Shown piece by piece: positions 42,988-56,134 of a DNA stretch of 64,000 nt. This stretch comes from Chlorokybus atmophyticus (Eukaryota; Plantae; Mesostigma and Chlorokybus algae), in assembly GCA_009103225.1 (NCBI GenBank), contig RHPI01002568.1, positions 75,742 to 139,741 on the forward strand, read 5' to 3'. Position 1 is the first letter of the stretch. Every line of letters starts with the position of its first letter. Below the pieces are notes generated by a model, which worked only from the letters and a program-made list of their open reading frames with translations, did no database searches and had not been told where the DNA came from. A program made the translations under genes and the position numbers.

Positions 42988-45900
42988 TGGCGGACTCGAT
43001 GGCGGACCTGCTATGCCCAGCCCCGATGCAGTTCATTGCCTTGGGTGTCGACCCGGACGGCACGCCAACCATTGACATCAACCCATCAGCGATGGAAGTG
43101 CTTGAACAGCTCGAGCCTAGCATGCCTTTGAAAGTTGTCACTGTCATGGGAGTCATGCGCGAGGGCAAAAGCTACTTCATGAACCGCCTGATGGGCTGCC
43201 ACACCCTCCAATGCGTCAATGGCTTTGGCGTTGGTGACACCACTGACCCCCATGTAAGCAGCAACAATGCCCCCCNNNNNNNNNNNNNNNNNNNNNNNNN
43301 NNNNNNNNNNNNNNNNNNNNNNNNNNNNNNNNNNNNNNNNNNNNNNNNNNNNNNNNNNNNNNNNNNNNNNNNNNNNNNNNNNNNNNNNNNNNNNNNNNNN
43401 NNNNNNNNNNNNNNNNNNNNNNNNNNNNNNNNNNNNNNNNNNNNNNNNNNNNNNNNNNNNNNNNNNNNNNNNNNNNNNNNNNNNNNNNNNNNNNNNNNNN
43501 NNNNNNNNNNNNNNNNNNNNNNNNNNNNNNNNNNNNNNNNNNNNNNNNNNNNNNNNNNNNNNNNNNNNNNNNNNNNNNNNNNNNNNNNNNNNNNNNNNNN
43601 NNNNNNNNNNNNNNNNNNNNNNNNNNNNNNNNNNNNNNNNNNNNNNNNNNNNNNNNNNNNNNNNNNNNNNNNNNNNNNNNNNNNNNNNNNNNNNNNNNNN
43701 NNNNNNNNNNNNNNNNNNNNNNNNNNNNNNNNNNNNNNNNNNNNNNNNNNNNNNNNNNNNNNNNNNNNNNNNNNNNNNNNNNNNNNNNNNNNNNNNNNNN
43801 NNNNNNNNNNNNNNNNNNNNNNNNNNNNNNNNNNNNNNNNNNNNNNNNNNNNNNNNNNNNNNNNNNNNNNNNNNNNNNNNNNNNNNNNNNNNNNNNNNNN
43901 NNNNNNNNNNNNNNNNNNNNNNNNNNNNNNNNNNNNNNNNNNNNCTCTCTCTCTCTCTCTCTCGTGCATCTAGTTTCTTTTGGCGGCATGCGCTTGATGC
44001 GGCTATCGTGTGCATACAACTGACAGTTGTCACATGCAGACCAAGGGCATGTGGATGTGGGGTTACCGTCAAAAGGACCATGTGGTGCTGGTGGTTGATA
44101 CGGAGGGCCTGTTTGACCCTAACCGCGCAAGGCAGGTGGACGACCGCCTCTGCGCTCTCGTGCTGCTCATAAGCTCGTACATCATTTTCAACACTAAAGG
44201 TCCTTCACCATGAGCAATGCTGGCCACAGAAAACACATGCTCATGTGCGCTGAATGTGTTTGGGAACTAAGTTTCTCGGTGTGCGCGTGCTGCAGGCCTC
44301 TTGGATGAGAACGCACTCAACGCGCTTGGTAAAATGGCAGAGCTGGCAAATAGGCTGTACGTAGTTGCCAAGCAACGGAGCATGTCGAGCACCGAACGCG
44401 AAACACCAGCACGACCACGTGCATTCAACAACAACGGGCTGCTGCCGGACCTGCTTATTCTCATGCGAGACTTCACGTAAGTTCCGTTGTTCTGTCTGTT
44501 CTAGATCTGTTTTGCCATAATGGATTGACACACCCTTGCACGTAGAACAAGCATGCGCACACATGCGACAATCCCAAACAGTCATATGCACGCATCAACG
44601 TGCTGATTCATCATCGGGAACATGCTATCACCTACTGAGTGATTTTGAATGCGCACTTGGGGATGCACGCGACAAGCTGCAACATTGCATTGTCATCAAC
44701 AGGTTGAGACTCACCGAGGAAAACCCCACTGCAGACGCCTACGTACAACACACATTGACAAACAGGCTGCCGGAAGACAACGAGCAGAACAAGGCCTACA
44801 ACGCCCCCAAGCAGAGGATCTGTGACCTCTTTTCAACGATCAAAGGGGCCATGCTACCTGCACCGGTAAAGAGCTTGTATGCGCTGGCACTGGTGCAGCT
44901 AGGCAAGGACACACGTGCAACTCTCTCACTAGTACTGAGTGACATGTCCACTGTGGTCAGCCAGCTACACTCGAACTACCTGTATGCCTCCATGCACTCT
45001 CCTGCCCAAATAACCAACCACCACTCACCTTGCAGGTCATTGACCCACAAGAAGGACTTGTTGAGGCAGAGAGCCAGCGGTTTCTGGGCAAGATGGACGA
45101 GCTGTGTGCTGAAATACGTCATCAGGCAGCACGTAAAACCCTCAAGAAGATGTATATGTCAGGCAACGACCCACCTGTTCAACTTGACGGCAGCAGTACG
45201 TGCAGATTTGTTAGCGCATGCACGTGCGGGTGTGTGTTGTTGCACATGCAATACTGTATGCTTACTTACACTAGTGGGCCCGGCCATGTCAGATACGCAA
45301 CACACGACGTGTACAAAAGATATTATGCCTCATATGTGTTGTGATGTCGCTCACAATGCTTCTGTGACATGAGTCACATGTGATGTGCACTGCAGGTTTT
45401 GCAGAGTACGTACGGCTTTTAGTCCAGGCGTTGCAAGAGCCGGACGCCCTCCCCAACATGTCGTCTGCTTACGAGATCACTGTCCATGCGCTGGTGCAAA
45501 AAGCAATAGACAGTTGGCGCCAAGAGTTTGACAACGAGATGCAGGTCCGCCTGCACAATACTGGTTGTTGTGGATGCTGGTCGTGGTGTTTATTTGTCAT
45601 GGCACCCTGCCGTGTGTAAGACCCTGCGAGCCTGTGCATGGTCAGTTTTAGCTCCTTGTCATCACACAATCATGGCCTAGCACTGCTGTTCTCATGTATG
45701 TGTCATGTATGACTAGCTGTGGCATGGTGCTCTCAACACATGCCATGCTTGTGTAGGCGGTGCGCGTACCGTTGGAGGAAGCAGATTTGGGCGGTATGCT
45801 GAGGCATGCCATTGACTGCGCTATGCAAAGAAGCAGTGCCACAGCCGGTGACATGTGGCCAAAAGTTCAAGAAGCTCTTGGGGTGAGTGGGAACGATGCC

Positions 45901-46937
45901 CGTGCACCTGTATTTGCGCTTAGTGTATCACAGGTTGATGCGTTGAGCCCTTCTAGTAAAGTAGTGGAGCTCTAGCAAGCAGGGTTGTGTTGCACGGCCT
46001 ATACCCTGCTCATTGTAAGTGTGCAGTAATCTGTTCTCCTCCTGCTCAAATTCCTCAATGCTATGCACATCCTGCGTGCAATGCTTAAGCTCCTCGTACA
46101 GCCGTTTGCCCAACTCTTCGCACAACTGTGTTGAAGCTTCTCCATTCTTGTGCAGCCAGATGGCTATCGCAGCATGTACCACTGTTCCTGGTTGCTGCAC
46201 ATCCTGCAGTACAATGAAAGAGCTCCAGGAGAAGTTCGCTGACCTTCGCAACCTGAGGCGCGTGGAGCTGAAGCTGAAACTTGAAAACCAAAGCCTGGAA
46301 CAAGAGTGTGAAAGGTACGACATTGCGTTCTTGCTGTGCAGCTCAGACGCTCCCTTCCCAACATGTTGGCAACATTTGTGCGATTTATGCAGGGCGCAGC
46401 AGGAATGCCTTAACATACAGATGCGGAACAAAGAACAACTGGCACAGCACACAGCAGAAGTTGCAGAGCTTACAAGGGCACAACAACAGCGTGAAAGGTT
46501 TGCTTTCTCACAAGCGTTGTATGCAACCATGTGCGTGCAGGCTGTGGCCTGGACGCCCTCCCTCACATATGCATGTCATCTGCATACTAGTACGCGTGTG
46601 TGCGTGGCAGCAGAATAGAGCACGACGTATTTGTTGAAGTCGTCTAACCTTGTGTCATGGAAGCAGGGAGCAGACAAAGTTGAAGATGCAGGAGATGCTA
46701 CGCCTAAAGGAAGAGCTGTACCCCCTGAAGAAAACTCTGGATAGGCTCAAGAGGCTGCAGAGGGACTCCAAGTCAACTCGGAACGTTACCATGTGGGTGC
46801 CCGGGATCGGCTGGCTGGCTGCGGCCGGGGCCCACATCGCCTACGCCATCTCCTGCCCGCAGGTGGCCGACGCGCAGGCAGCATATGACGCGAAGCTCAG
46901 GGAGTACGAGCGCATAAGTGCTGGGGTGATCGAGTAA
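42988..46937 (+). CDS. Multi-exon guanylate-binding protein (GBP)-like GTPase with coiled-coil tail and hydrophobic C-terminus; one coding segment inverted
   Basis: VVTVMGVMREGKSYFMNRL, TKGMWMW, VDTEGL, ILMRDF. Approximate GT-AG exons: 42988-43251, 44040-44198, 44297-44477, 44703-44865, 45036-45165, 45396-45544, 45778-45882, 45934-46314, 46393-46497, 46665-46937. An N gap lies in intron 1. Confidence 0.8.
43276..43944. other. Assembly gap, followed by a (CT)n tract
   Basis: Run of N. Confidence 1.
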
Positions 46938-48953
46938 ACTGTACGCACTACACTCACAAATCTCTTTCGAGAAGGCAGCCGCCATGGTGATCACCATGAA
47001 GAAATTTCGTGGCGAACTCAAACCGGTTCTAGAGGTTGTCCTTACTTGCCTGAGACAACTATCAGCACCCCGCAACGGGATGATGAGATTGACAGCAATG
47101 TAAAATACAGCAGCCGGGCGCCAGCACATGCACACAATTGCTGCAACAAACCACTTGAAGACCAGCTTGCAACCTGGCACTTGTGCGGTGCAGTCACAAT
47201 CACACAGCTGAACAGCACTGCAGCACACGCGTGTGCTCGCTATTGTCAGCCTCGTGCAAACTGCTTATGTCAGACTAACCGCCACAAAGCAACTTGGCAA
47301 GCATGCAGCTGAGTACCACGAGCAATGCCATCAAGCACTAAGCACGACAGCACTCCCGCACTAGATTGCACAGCATGCTAAGCCGCTGCACACATTTCGC
47401 AAGGAAAAACCGGTACGTACGCGCACACTACACGAGCAAAGATGGCAGCGCTCTGCGCAAGGCAGCAAAAGGTAGCCTTGTCCATTTCGACCAGCTGACC
47501 TGGCAACCACCTCGCCGGCCTGTGCATGGCCGGCGGCAGGCGGAGACAGGTCAGGACTGGCCGTTCAGCAGATCTGCGAGCTTCCACTTCTGCTGGCGCT
47601 TGAGCAGACTGCTTGTCCATGATCAAGCAGCACCAGCCGAGAAGACAGCCCAACAGCCGTACCGCCGCCGCTGAAGGCGCCCCGCATGCAGCTGACTCTC
47701 CCCGTCAAATCAGCTTCTCTCCCTTGCACACCCAAGTCAGGCCTCGTGTCACACGGCTTCCCGTGTGCGAAGCTGCCTTATTTAACGAAACTCTGTGCTC
47801 CTCGGTAGGCGGTAGTGAGGCGGCAGGATGGGCGTGCAAGGGAAGATGTCGCTTCTTTGTTGGCATGACCCTGGCGGCGTCATCGCTGCTGCTGCTGGTG
47901 TTGGTCACACTGGAGGTGTGCATGCACGTGTCGCTGGCACACAGCTGCGCCGTCCGCCGTCAACGCCTGCTTGCTGACAGCCGGATAGAGGTGGGTGGCT
48001 GGGTAGGGGAAGGAGAGGGAGAGGCGGGCACACAAGGGAATGACGTGACTTGTTCAGAAAAGCGTAGTTGTCGCCTTGAAGTCACAAACAAAGTGTGTGG
48101 CTACAAGTTAGTCTGGCACAGTTTGTCTGTGCATGTCCAGCATGTATACATGCAACGCATGCAGGCCTAGGCAGCAGAGCGATCTGTTGAGCATGCACGT
48201 TTGCGTATGATATACTGGCATGCAGTTTGTTCTGTTGCAATCACAACAATACTGTTGTGACTGCAACAAAACCTTGGTAAACTATGATGCAAGCTTCTGT
48301 CTACTAACTTCCCTCGTCAACTGTCAAGTGTTAATCTTCATATTCTGTTGGTGAAGTCGCAGAACATGGAACACCGCTCTAACGACAAACTCGAATCTCA
48401 AGTTGGCCTGCTCAATTCACAGGCTGTTCGCGCTCCTACGCTGCATGCACCGTGCCTATGCAAGTTGCATGCATCTTGAGTTATCGGCACTGCATGGTCA
48501 AACTTGTCAACCATTGATGCAGCTTGACTACAGCAGCTGTTTGGTCGGTCAGTAATCTAGGCTTGGCTTTAATGAGCAATGATGTTGCCTTGTATTGCTG
48601 GCTCGTCTGCTGTCACAATGCCGTACATCTGCTGGTGTTGCTTGATGGAGCTATTGCTTATAAACTAGTGTTTCAGTCGTACTCCACTCTTCTTCCTGTT
48701 CGCATGCGCTGTTGATGTTTCTGCCATTGTGTCTTGCCTCGTGGCTTTTTGTCCCATGGTGATGCTGAGCGTCTCAATTGGGCTCAGTGCTGCTACCCCC
48801 CCATGCCTGTTTCTGTGGCAGTATGTGTTACAGGCGTGCAGGCCAACAGTGCGAGCAAGGCCACTGCGTATGCTGTTTGCACCACCACGCGCAACCACAT
48901 GGAGCAACCGCAAGCAACCACCCCACGACAACAACCATCGCACCACCACGGTC

Positions 48954-49423
48954 ATGGGGTGGGACCTTTATGCTTACCTCGACAACGTAGATCAGGACGC
49001 CATGGAGGAGTATTTGGCTATACACGAGCTCGATCAAGACAGTATGGAGGCTTACCGCACTGTGGGAAAGTGATATGTAGGTACCCATACTGATGGCAGA
49101 GGGAGCGCATTAGACGGCGTTATTCACACCATGATGACACTGGCCGCCACGCTGTCTTCTGCTTGCAGCGGATCTGGACATCTATTCATTACGATGTTCA
49201 ATTCAAAAGCAGGCTTTACCATAAGCAGTTTGAACGCGAGAGGGGGTTTCCATTTCCGGAGAGTTTAATCAACTTTGCTGTGTATGTACGGGATGACGTC
49301 AATGCAAGGCAAGTGGCAAGGGACCTGCGAACCTGCTTTCCGGACGAAGAGGAACTGATGAAAACGGCACATTGGTTGTCTTGTACTGCGGACTGCTGCC
49401 AGTTTTACGAGCTCAGTTGGTGA
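48954..49423 (+). CDS. Small orphan protein (either spliced or frameshifted)
   Basis: MGWDLYAYLDNVDQDAMEEYLAIHELDQDSMEAYRTVGK, then in another frame ...RIWTSIHYDVQFKSRLYHKQFERERGFPFPESLINF...CCQFYELSW; a second partial copy lies at 35760-35994. Confidence 0.55.
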
Positions 49424-49930
49424 AGTGTGTTCCGGTGTCCATATGTCTGTAACCGCTAGCTACTTGGGCGTAACGCACTTGCTAGCTGTTGCACTGCCCT
49501 CAATCCCCCTGATTGCATAGATCAGCTTGTGTGGGCCTTGCATGCCTTGCACCACCAGCGTTACTCTTGCCTTGCTGTCAATCTACATGCAGAGCTGCCG
49601 GTTGCAGGCATGCAACGCACGGTATACACGTACATGATGTACACACATCACGCTGCGACAGGCTGAGGGCTTAACCTTGGGGCCTAACCGACAGACGGAC
49701 AACAACACAATCGACGCATGTTTGTGATGCCAAAAGCAACTTACGATGTTATTCTAAAGGAAAGTATACAGCACAGTCCCACGCAACAGACATCGTCAGC
49801 AGACTGCGCATACACTGCTCATGATCATCATCGTTCTTGCTTCCCTCACATCCACATGATGGCCAATGTGAGCGCAACCACCACCAAGGATTCGTCATGG
49901 CCGCAACAGCCTTTTGTCTGGTGCGCGTGT

Positions 49931-50294
49931 TGACATCGACATCGACACCATGCGGCCACAGCTTGTTGCCAACAGGCACCCACCGTGAGTGCCAGTGCGT
50001 GACGCCAACTTCCTCACCGCCTCCTCCCCCGTGACCACACATGTGCCTGTCCGCCATCCGCCCAAGGTCCAAGTAGTGCGCACAAAAGGACACGGATGCA
50101 CACGCACACACAAGTTCACACATGCAGGCACGTGCGTTTGCACATACAGCACGCCTTGAATGCTGTGGCTCCATGAACGTCAACGCTTGGTCCAGTCAGA
50201 CCTTTGATATGGTGCCCACATGTAGAGTGTCTCCTTTTCTGCGTGCCGCTACCACCAGCATCAATACCGGTACCATGCTCGCTTTGCCATTACC
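49931..50294 (+). repeat. 364-bp segment duplicated at 56135-56498
   Basis: The two copies appear identical by eye. Confidence 0.9.
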
Positions 50295-51723
50295 ATCAAC
50301 TTCATTTGCAGACTTTGATTCGTTTCAGCAGCACTGCTGAATTGCCTCTGCTGCTCATGGCAAGCGGCTTCTGTCTGTGCTTTGTTGTGCGGCGCTGTTT
50401 CTCTCGAGATACGGCTGGCTGCAAAAGGAGCAGCAGCTGCAATGCAAACCTCCGCAGTTGCAATGTATCCGCCCCTCACTTCCCCGAAGAAGGGGAGAGA
50501 GGGCGAGACGGGGAACCCACCCCACCCACCCACCCACATGCAAGCGCTGTGATGCGCAAGCGGCCAACACACATGTGCGCACACAAACAGTTAGTGTGTA
50601 TGTGTGTGTGCACGAGCGCATGCAAGGGCATGTGACGCACTCAAACCTACACCCCTATGAACAACAGTACGTCGTTCACCAGGTTTGTCACGTCAGCAAT
50701 ATTAGCTGATGAAGTTTTATTCAAATAACACTTCGCCTTGCTAGCACCAAATTCCTATAGATGTTTATGGCCATAGATCTATGCTGGTGACTGCTAACAT
50801 ACATCACCATATCTGCGTACATCTACATTGTACGTCTGCTGTTTGTCTACTAGTGCGTGGCACCGCTTCGTGAATTTGTTCACCAGCTACTTGCCGCATA
50901 GCTTGCCATTAACCCATTTTGAACTGGACTTTGTGTTCCACTGCGCTGCTCCGCGGCAAATGCTCGGGCTTGTGCCCGCGTCGTAGAGCTTGCACACCTG
51001 GCACAGATGCGCCCATGTGCATGTGGTGTTTGCATGTGTGCGCACGCGTGTGTGCTCTCATGATCACACATGTGCGTGCGCGTGTCGACATGTAGGGGAA
51101 AAGGGGTCCGTATACTTGCGTATGCAAATGAGTTGTGAAGAGCACATTGCTTTTGCTCACCATGCTGTTGCAACTGCGACCCGTGAAGTACGCCAAGTAC
51201 ATGCTGTTGGAGTTGTCCTGGCACCTGGCGCAAATTCACACAGAGCTTGTACTTCAGACAAGTAAACAACACACGGCTATGCGTGGGGGTCGCTGTGTGC
51301 GCATGCACTTGCTGCTACCTGTGGCAGCACTCATCTGCGGTGGGCACTCGTTCATCAAGCTGAAGCGTGTGAGGGGCGGGGTGTGCCACATATAGGTGCC
51401 GAGTGGCTGAGAGCAGTACGACTTGCACACGGCCTTGCCGTTGAGCAGCTTCTGCAAGTACGACGCCAAACGCGACAACAGTGTCAGCATTTTGTCATGC
51501 TACCGTTGGTGGCTAGCGGTGAAGAGCAGTATGACACACAGATACACAGTTCTAGATTGTGTCGGCATACTGTGTGCACGCATCTTCAGGAAGAAACCGC
51601 GGTTGCACACGCATGTGTAGCCACCGTCTTCCGTTGGCTGGCACTGGCCATTGCTGCCGCAGGTGGCGGTGCACACTGACACAATAGGAGGCGGCGGTGG
51701 TGGTGGTGGGGTGGGTGGGTGGG

Positions 51724-51977
51724 NNNNNNNNNNNNNNNNNNNNNNNNNNNNNNNNNNNNNNNNNNNNNNNNNNNNNNNNNNNNNNNNNNNNNNNNNNNNN
51801 NNNNNNNNNNNNNNNNNNNNNNNNNNNNNNNNNNNNNNNNNNNNNNNNNNNNNNNNNNNNNNNNNNNNNNNNNNNNNNNNNNNNNNNNNNNNNNNNNNNN
51901 NNNNNNNNNNNNNNNNNNNNNNNNNNNNNNNNNNNNNNNNNNNNNNNNNNNNNNNNNNNNNNNNNNNNNNNNNNNNN
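51724..51977. other. Assembly gap within a (CCCA)n proline-rich tract
   Basis: Run of N. Confidence 1.
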
Positions 51978-52760
51978 TGGGTGGGTGGGGGGGGGGGCCT
52001 CTTCAACATCCACGAAGATGGACTGGGTGTCGGTGTTACCAGCTTCATCAGTGGCTGTCGCCTTGATCTCCTTGCTGCCGGGGGAGCTCCACTTGCAGAA
52101 ACCAGAGGCAGTCGCCTAAAAGTACATACATGCTCATGAGCGCGCGCACACACACGCATGCATGCACAAGATACGTGGAACCCAACGAACCCAACATGCG
52201 CACGCACGCACACACCACGGAGCCGTCGCCGCAGTCGATAGTGACGGTGACTTGGCTGGGGTCCTTGCATGAGTCGTCGGTGACGTCCGTATCCACGCGG
52301 GTGTCCGCGCCAACAAGGTGGCTGCCACTGGCATCGGTGGGGGTGGCGGTGACAGAGGTAATGCTGGGACCCAAGTCGCGCACGATTACGGTGGAGTCGG
52401 CGTAGGTGACACCGCAGCTGTTGGTGAGGCGAGCCCTCATGGGGTACGTGGTGCCTGGCGCAGCGGCGGCCGGCGACGTGACCGTGACGGCTGCGCCAGA
52501 CGCATCGTTGAACTGCTCGTCTTGGTTCAAGTCTGCAAAACCAGCATGCTTACAGAGTCATGGGCGTGTGCCTGCGACTGCAATTTTGCGTTTCAATCAC
52601 GCATGCATGCTCACCCCAATCGACAGTCTTGGCGCCGCAATCTTGCGATGAGTAAACCAGTAAACGCTCCCAACTGCACGCTCCCGCCGCATGACGACAC
52701 CTCATACGGGCCGCCGATGCTGCAGCAAAAACAGGAGAAGAGTAAAGTGAGAACGGCCAT

Positions 52761-52790
52761 GAGAGCGAGCGAGAGAGAGAGAGAGAAGGG

Positions 52791-52839
<49 letters not shown>
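52761..52839 (+). repeat. (GA)n microsatellite, intronic
   Basis: Direct reading. Confidence 0.95.
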
Positions 52840-52841
<2 letters not shown>

Positions 52842-55800
52842 GCCAGCAGAGATGATGTCTCTTTGGTCTATCCGGAAGCACCACTGCCCAGGCTGTCACA
52901 CACCTGTAAGTGCGTGTGCATGCGCGCGTGCCTTGGCGTAGTACACGAGTTCGTAGTCACACAAGTGCATATGAGTGTGCGTGTGTGTATGGACCTGGCC
53001 GGTGTTGGAGTACTCTGTGAGCTTGCGGATTTCCGGGGTTTCAGAGCCTGGCAGGCTTGCGTACACCACGCCATCACCAAGGTTGCATCCCGCTTGCGCA
53101 TGATGGCAGTCCCATCCAGGTTGGCAGTCCACACCTGCTCGCACACGCATGTCAAACACTGTGACTTGTGGCGCAGGCAGCGACAAACGATGAGTCAACT
53201 TAGTACTGACAAATGACCAAGTTGCGCTCCCAAAAGCTGCGCAATTAACCAACCACAACCCATGTCATGATCTACGTGGCAAGGCGTGATTGACACGCAC
53301 GCCCGCACGCACCGTTTGCTCCGCCGTAAAAATCTCCCACATCCCACTGCAACTTGTTGTAGTAGAAGCAGGAGAACGCCTTGTCGCAGTTGAACGCAAC
53401 TACCGCCTGGAACGTGCACCTCTTGTCGCTGTGCATGGCTTAGTAACCGACCTGTGCGTGAGTACACATGGTCAGCTAGTGCCAGTGTGTGCGTACCGCG
53501 AGGATGGCCAAGCATGCCATGCACATTCATGCATGCATGTATGTACACATGGACGGGCACGTACATCTACCCAGGTGGCAAGGAGCACGGCCTCGGCGGA
53601 GAAGGCGTCCGCGCCAACCTCCGACTGGGAGGGGAAGGCGGTCTGGACCTCCTGGCGCGGGTGCAGGTGTCGGCGGTCTGGTCCAGGCGGAACCACACAG
53701 AGGAACCATCCAGCCTGTCCCCTGCGTACGGTCCTGTTGTGTCCACGGCCCAGAAGCTATAGACATGGAGGCACAACAAAGTTTGTGAATATGTGCGAGA
53801 GTGTCACATGCAAGCAGCCAAGGGGAAACTGGGAGTGACTGCGTACGGTGCGATCATTGGTGGGGTTTCCTCGACAGGGAAGGCGGAGGGCGTGAAGATT
53901 GAGGCGTGCTCGTCGAAAGTGATGTCCCCCTGCGCATGAGCGCATACCAACGGCATTGGAGGACATACAACGACGACCAGCACGAGAAAAGGAGGGAACA
54001 AGCAGCTGCAACTCCTCAGATGAGGCTCACCGCCGTCATTGCAGAACACCTGTCCTGCCCTGGGGCTACCAAACACTGGGACCGCGAAGGGTATCTGCGC
54101 ATGTGCGCGACAGAGAGAGATGTGAGTTGTGTGTGACGAGAGCAGCCGACATGCATGACATCAAACAAATAAAACACAAAGATGACAACGACACTCACAG
54201 TGATGGGGTCGGAGTAGCCACCGGAGCTCCTGCAAAGCGCAGCGGGTAGTCAGGGTGAGCGTGCGTGTGTGCGTGCATGCAGAGCTCAACAACAGCACCG
54301 GGAGGAGGAGAAAAACAAACCAGGCCACTCACGGGTCCAGGAGCACGTCGGCGGCGGCGGCGCTGAAGGGGAAAAAACTGCTCAATGGCACCGCCGCCAG
54401 AGAGGGCGCCACCACCACAGTCAACACCCACAGCAGCAGCATGGACCATGGTGCCAGGCGGGAATGGGTGCTCACACCTCCATCGCCACCACATGGGCTA
54501 GCGCTCTCTCTCTTGCTCCCTGCCTCGCTCTCTCTCCAAGCACATAAATAGGCGCTTGCAAAAGTGAGCCGCGTGGCTTACTGTGTCGTTCAATGTCTGC
54601 GCAGGCGTTGCTAAGGGGCCTGGTTGCTGACATGGCCGTAGGGAACAGGTACATTTCAGGATGGCACGTGCTGCTTTTTGTTGGACTTAAAGGGCGAACG
54701 GGTACTTGTATTGGCTGCTAGCAGCGCTGCTGACAACGGGATTGTCCATTTTCAAGGCTACTTAGGTCGTAATTGCTGTGCACCGGGGCTTTACCCACGT
54801 TTTCATCTGTGGCTGTGGGCGAGTGTTAGCTGCAAGAATTGTAAGCAGCAGGCGCTAACTTCGCCCGTCCGCCCATGGCCGTCGACGTGACAAGTCAAAC
54901 CTGAATGACAGTCACTTCATGAGATAGGCTGTCCAGTCCGTGTGTCACATCAGCACCAAAGTAAGAGTCATCGTCACTGCTCAGTTCGGCCTTATTTATG
55001 TAGCCAGTCCCCATGGGGCCTGGCCAGGTCTGCGATTCGACTTTCAACCTGAGGATGCGCTCAGCGTGAGGTCCGCGCACTCCAGAGTGCGGACCTGAGC
55101 ACCTACTTAGTGCTATACGAGTAAGCGGAGTGAAGACCCCCGCATAACTAGCGTCGTCAGGCGCAGGCGTCCCGTCAGCGTCAAACTCAGCTTGCAAATT
55201 GAAGGTCAATGCCATGCAACAGCACCACCTGCTCTAAACTTCTCAAGCAGTGATTCACTCAGTGCACTGTTGCTCAGGTCCGGATCTAGGCCGGCCTGCG
55301 GACTGGCTACGTTATTAACACGTGTAAACTGAGCAATGTGGTGGCTGGCGCTGACGCTGAAACAGCCTACACCTCATGAAGAGTCCTAGGCCTTTCCACG
55401 CCGCAGCGCGAAGAAGGCCGATAGTAGTGCTTATGTGCTGCGGTGTGGCTGTGAACTCTCTCGTCATCAGGAGTAGGCTGTCACGGGGAACGGACGCTGT
55501 CAGCACCCTCTGCGGACAGAGAGCGTCCAAGCCAAAACCAATCAGGCCTAGCGCAGAGAAAGTCGGCGTCAGCGCTATCAGGTGTAGGCGCTGTCACATC
55601 ACACCATACTATTATGATCAATGCCTCGCAACAGCAGCGCCTGGACTGCGTTGTGAACGGTGCATTTGTTCTACACTCCAATGACTAGTATAGTACTAAG
55701 CAGGTGCTCAGGTCGGCACTCCAGAGTGCGGGCCTGGGGACTGGCTACATCAACAATACAGCCAAAGTGAGCAGTGACGCTGACGCTTACGCTGATGCTG

Positions 55801-56134
55801 ACGTCACACACGGTTTGAGCGACCTGTACCTGGTGAAGTAAGTGCTATCAGGCGTAGGCTGTCACGTCGGCTGCCATGTGCGAACGGCTACAGTCGGCGC
55901 TAGTTGCTGACAAGTTGCGCAGCCGCGGTGGAGGTGCAGTGACAATCTCACGATCGCAAATCAGATCTTCCATTGGCGGGAAGCACACATTGACTAGTAG
56001 TCTGAGCGCAGGGTGTACTTGCTTGGGCAAGTTGTCGGTGCTTGTGCTTACCAGGCCTACACTGTGGTTGACGAAAAAGAAGCGCTCCAGGCAGACGGGC
56101 TGACTAGCTCACTGCTATGCTAGTGACCCCCCCC

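Larger units (their letters stand above)
51150..54442 (-). pseudogene. Secreted multi-exon NIDO + PKD-like + Pro-rich + EGF-like protein with a frameshift and a nonsense codon
   Basis: Signal peptide MLLLWVLTVVVAPSLA; NIDO hallmarks MIAPFWAVD, VWFR, AVLLATWVDVGY, TFQAVV, FYYNKLQW, AQAGCNLGDG, LPGS, SNTG, PGQWCFRID; QFNDASG and ATATDEAG (PKD-like); CTATCGSNGQC...YTCVCNRGF (EGF). The 3' end is approximate. Confidence 0.75.

Noticed and set aside
37035-52270. ORFs containing long X runs
   Set aside because: They are artefacts of translating across N gaps.
54680-56110. ORF 54895..55215 and short local repeats (CACTCCAGAGTGCGG, GCTATCAGG.GTAGG)
   Set aside because: No recognisable domain, and the repeats are too short and few to define an element.
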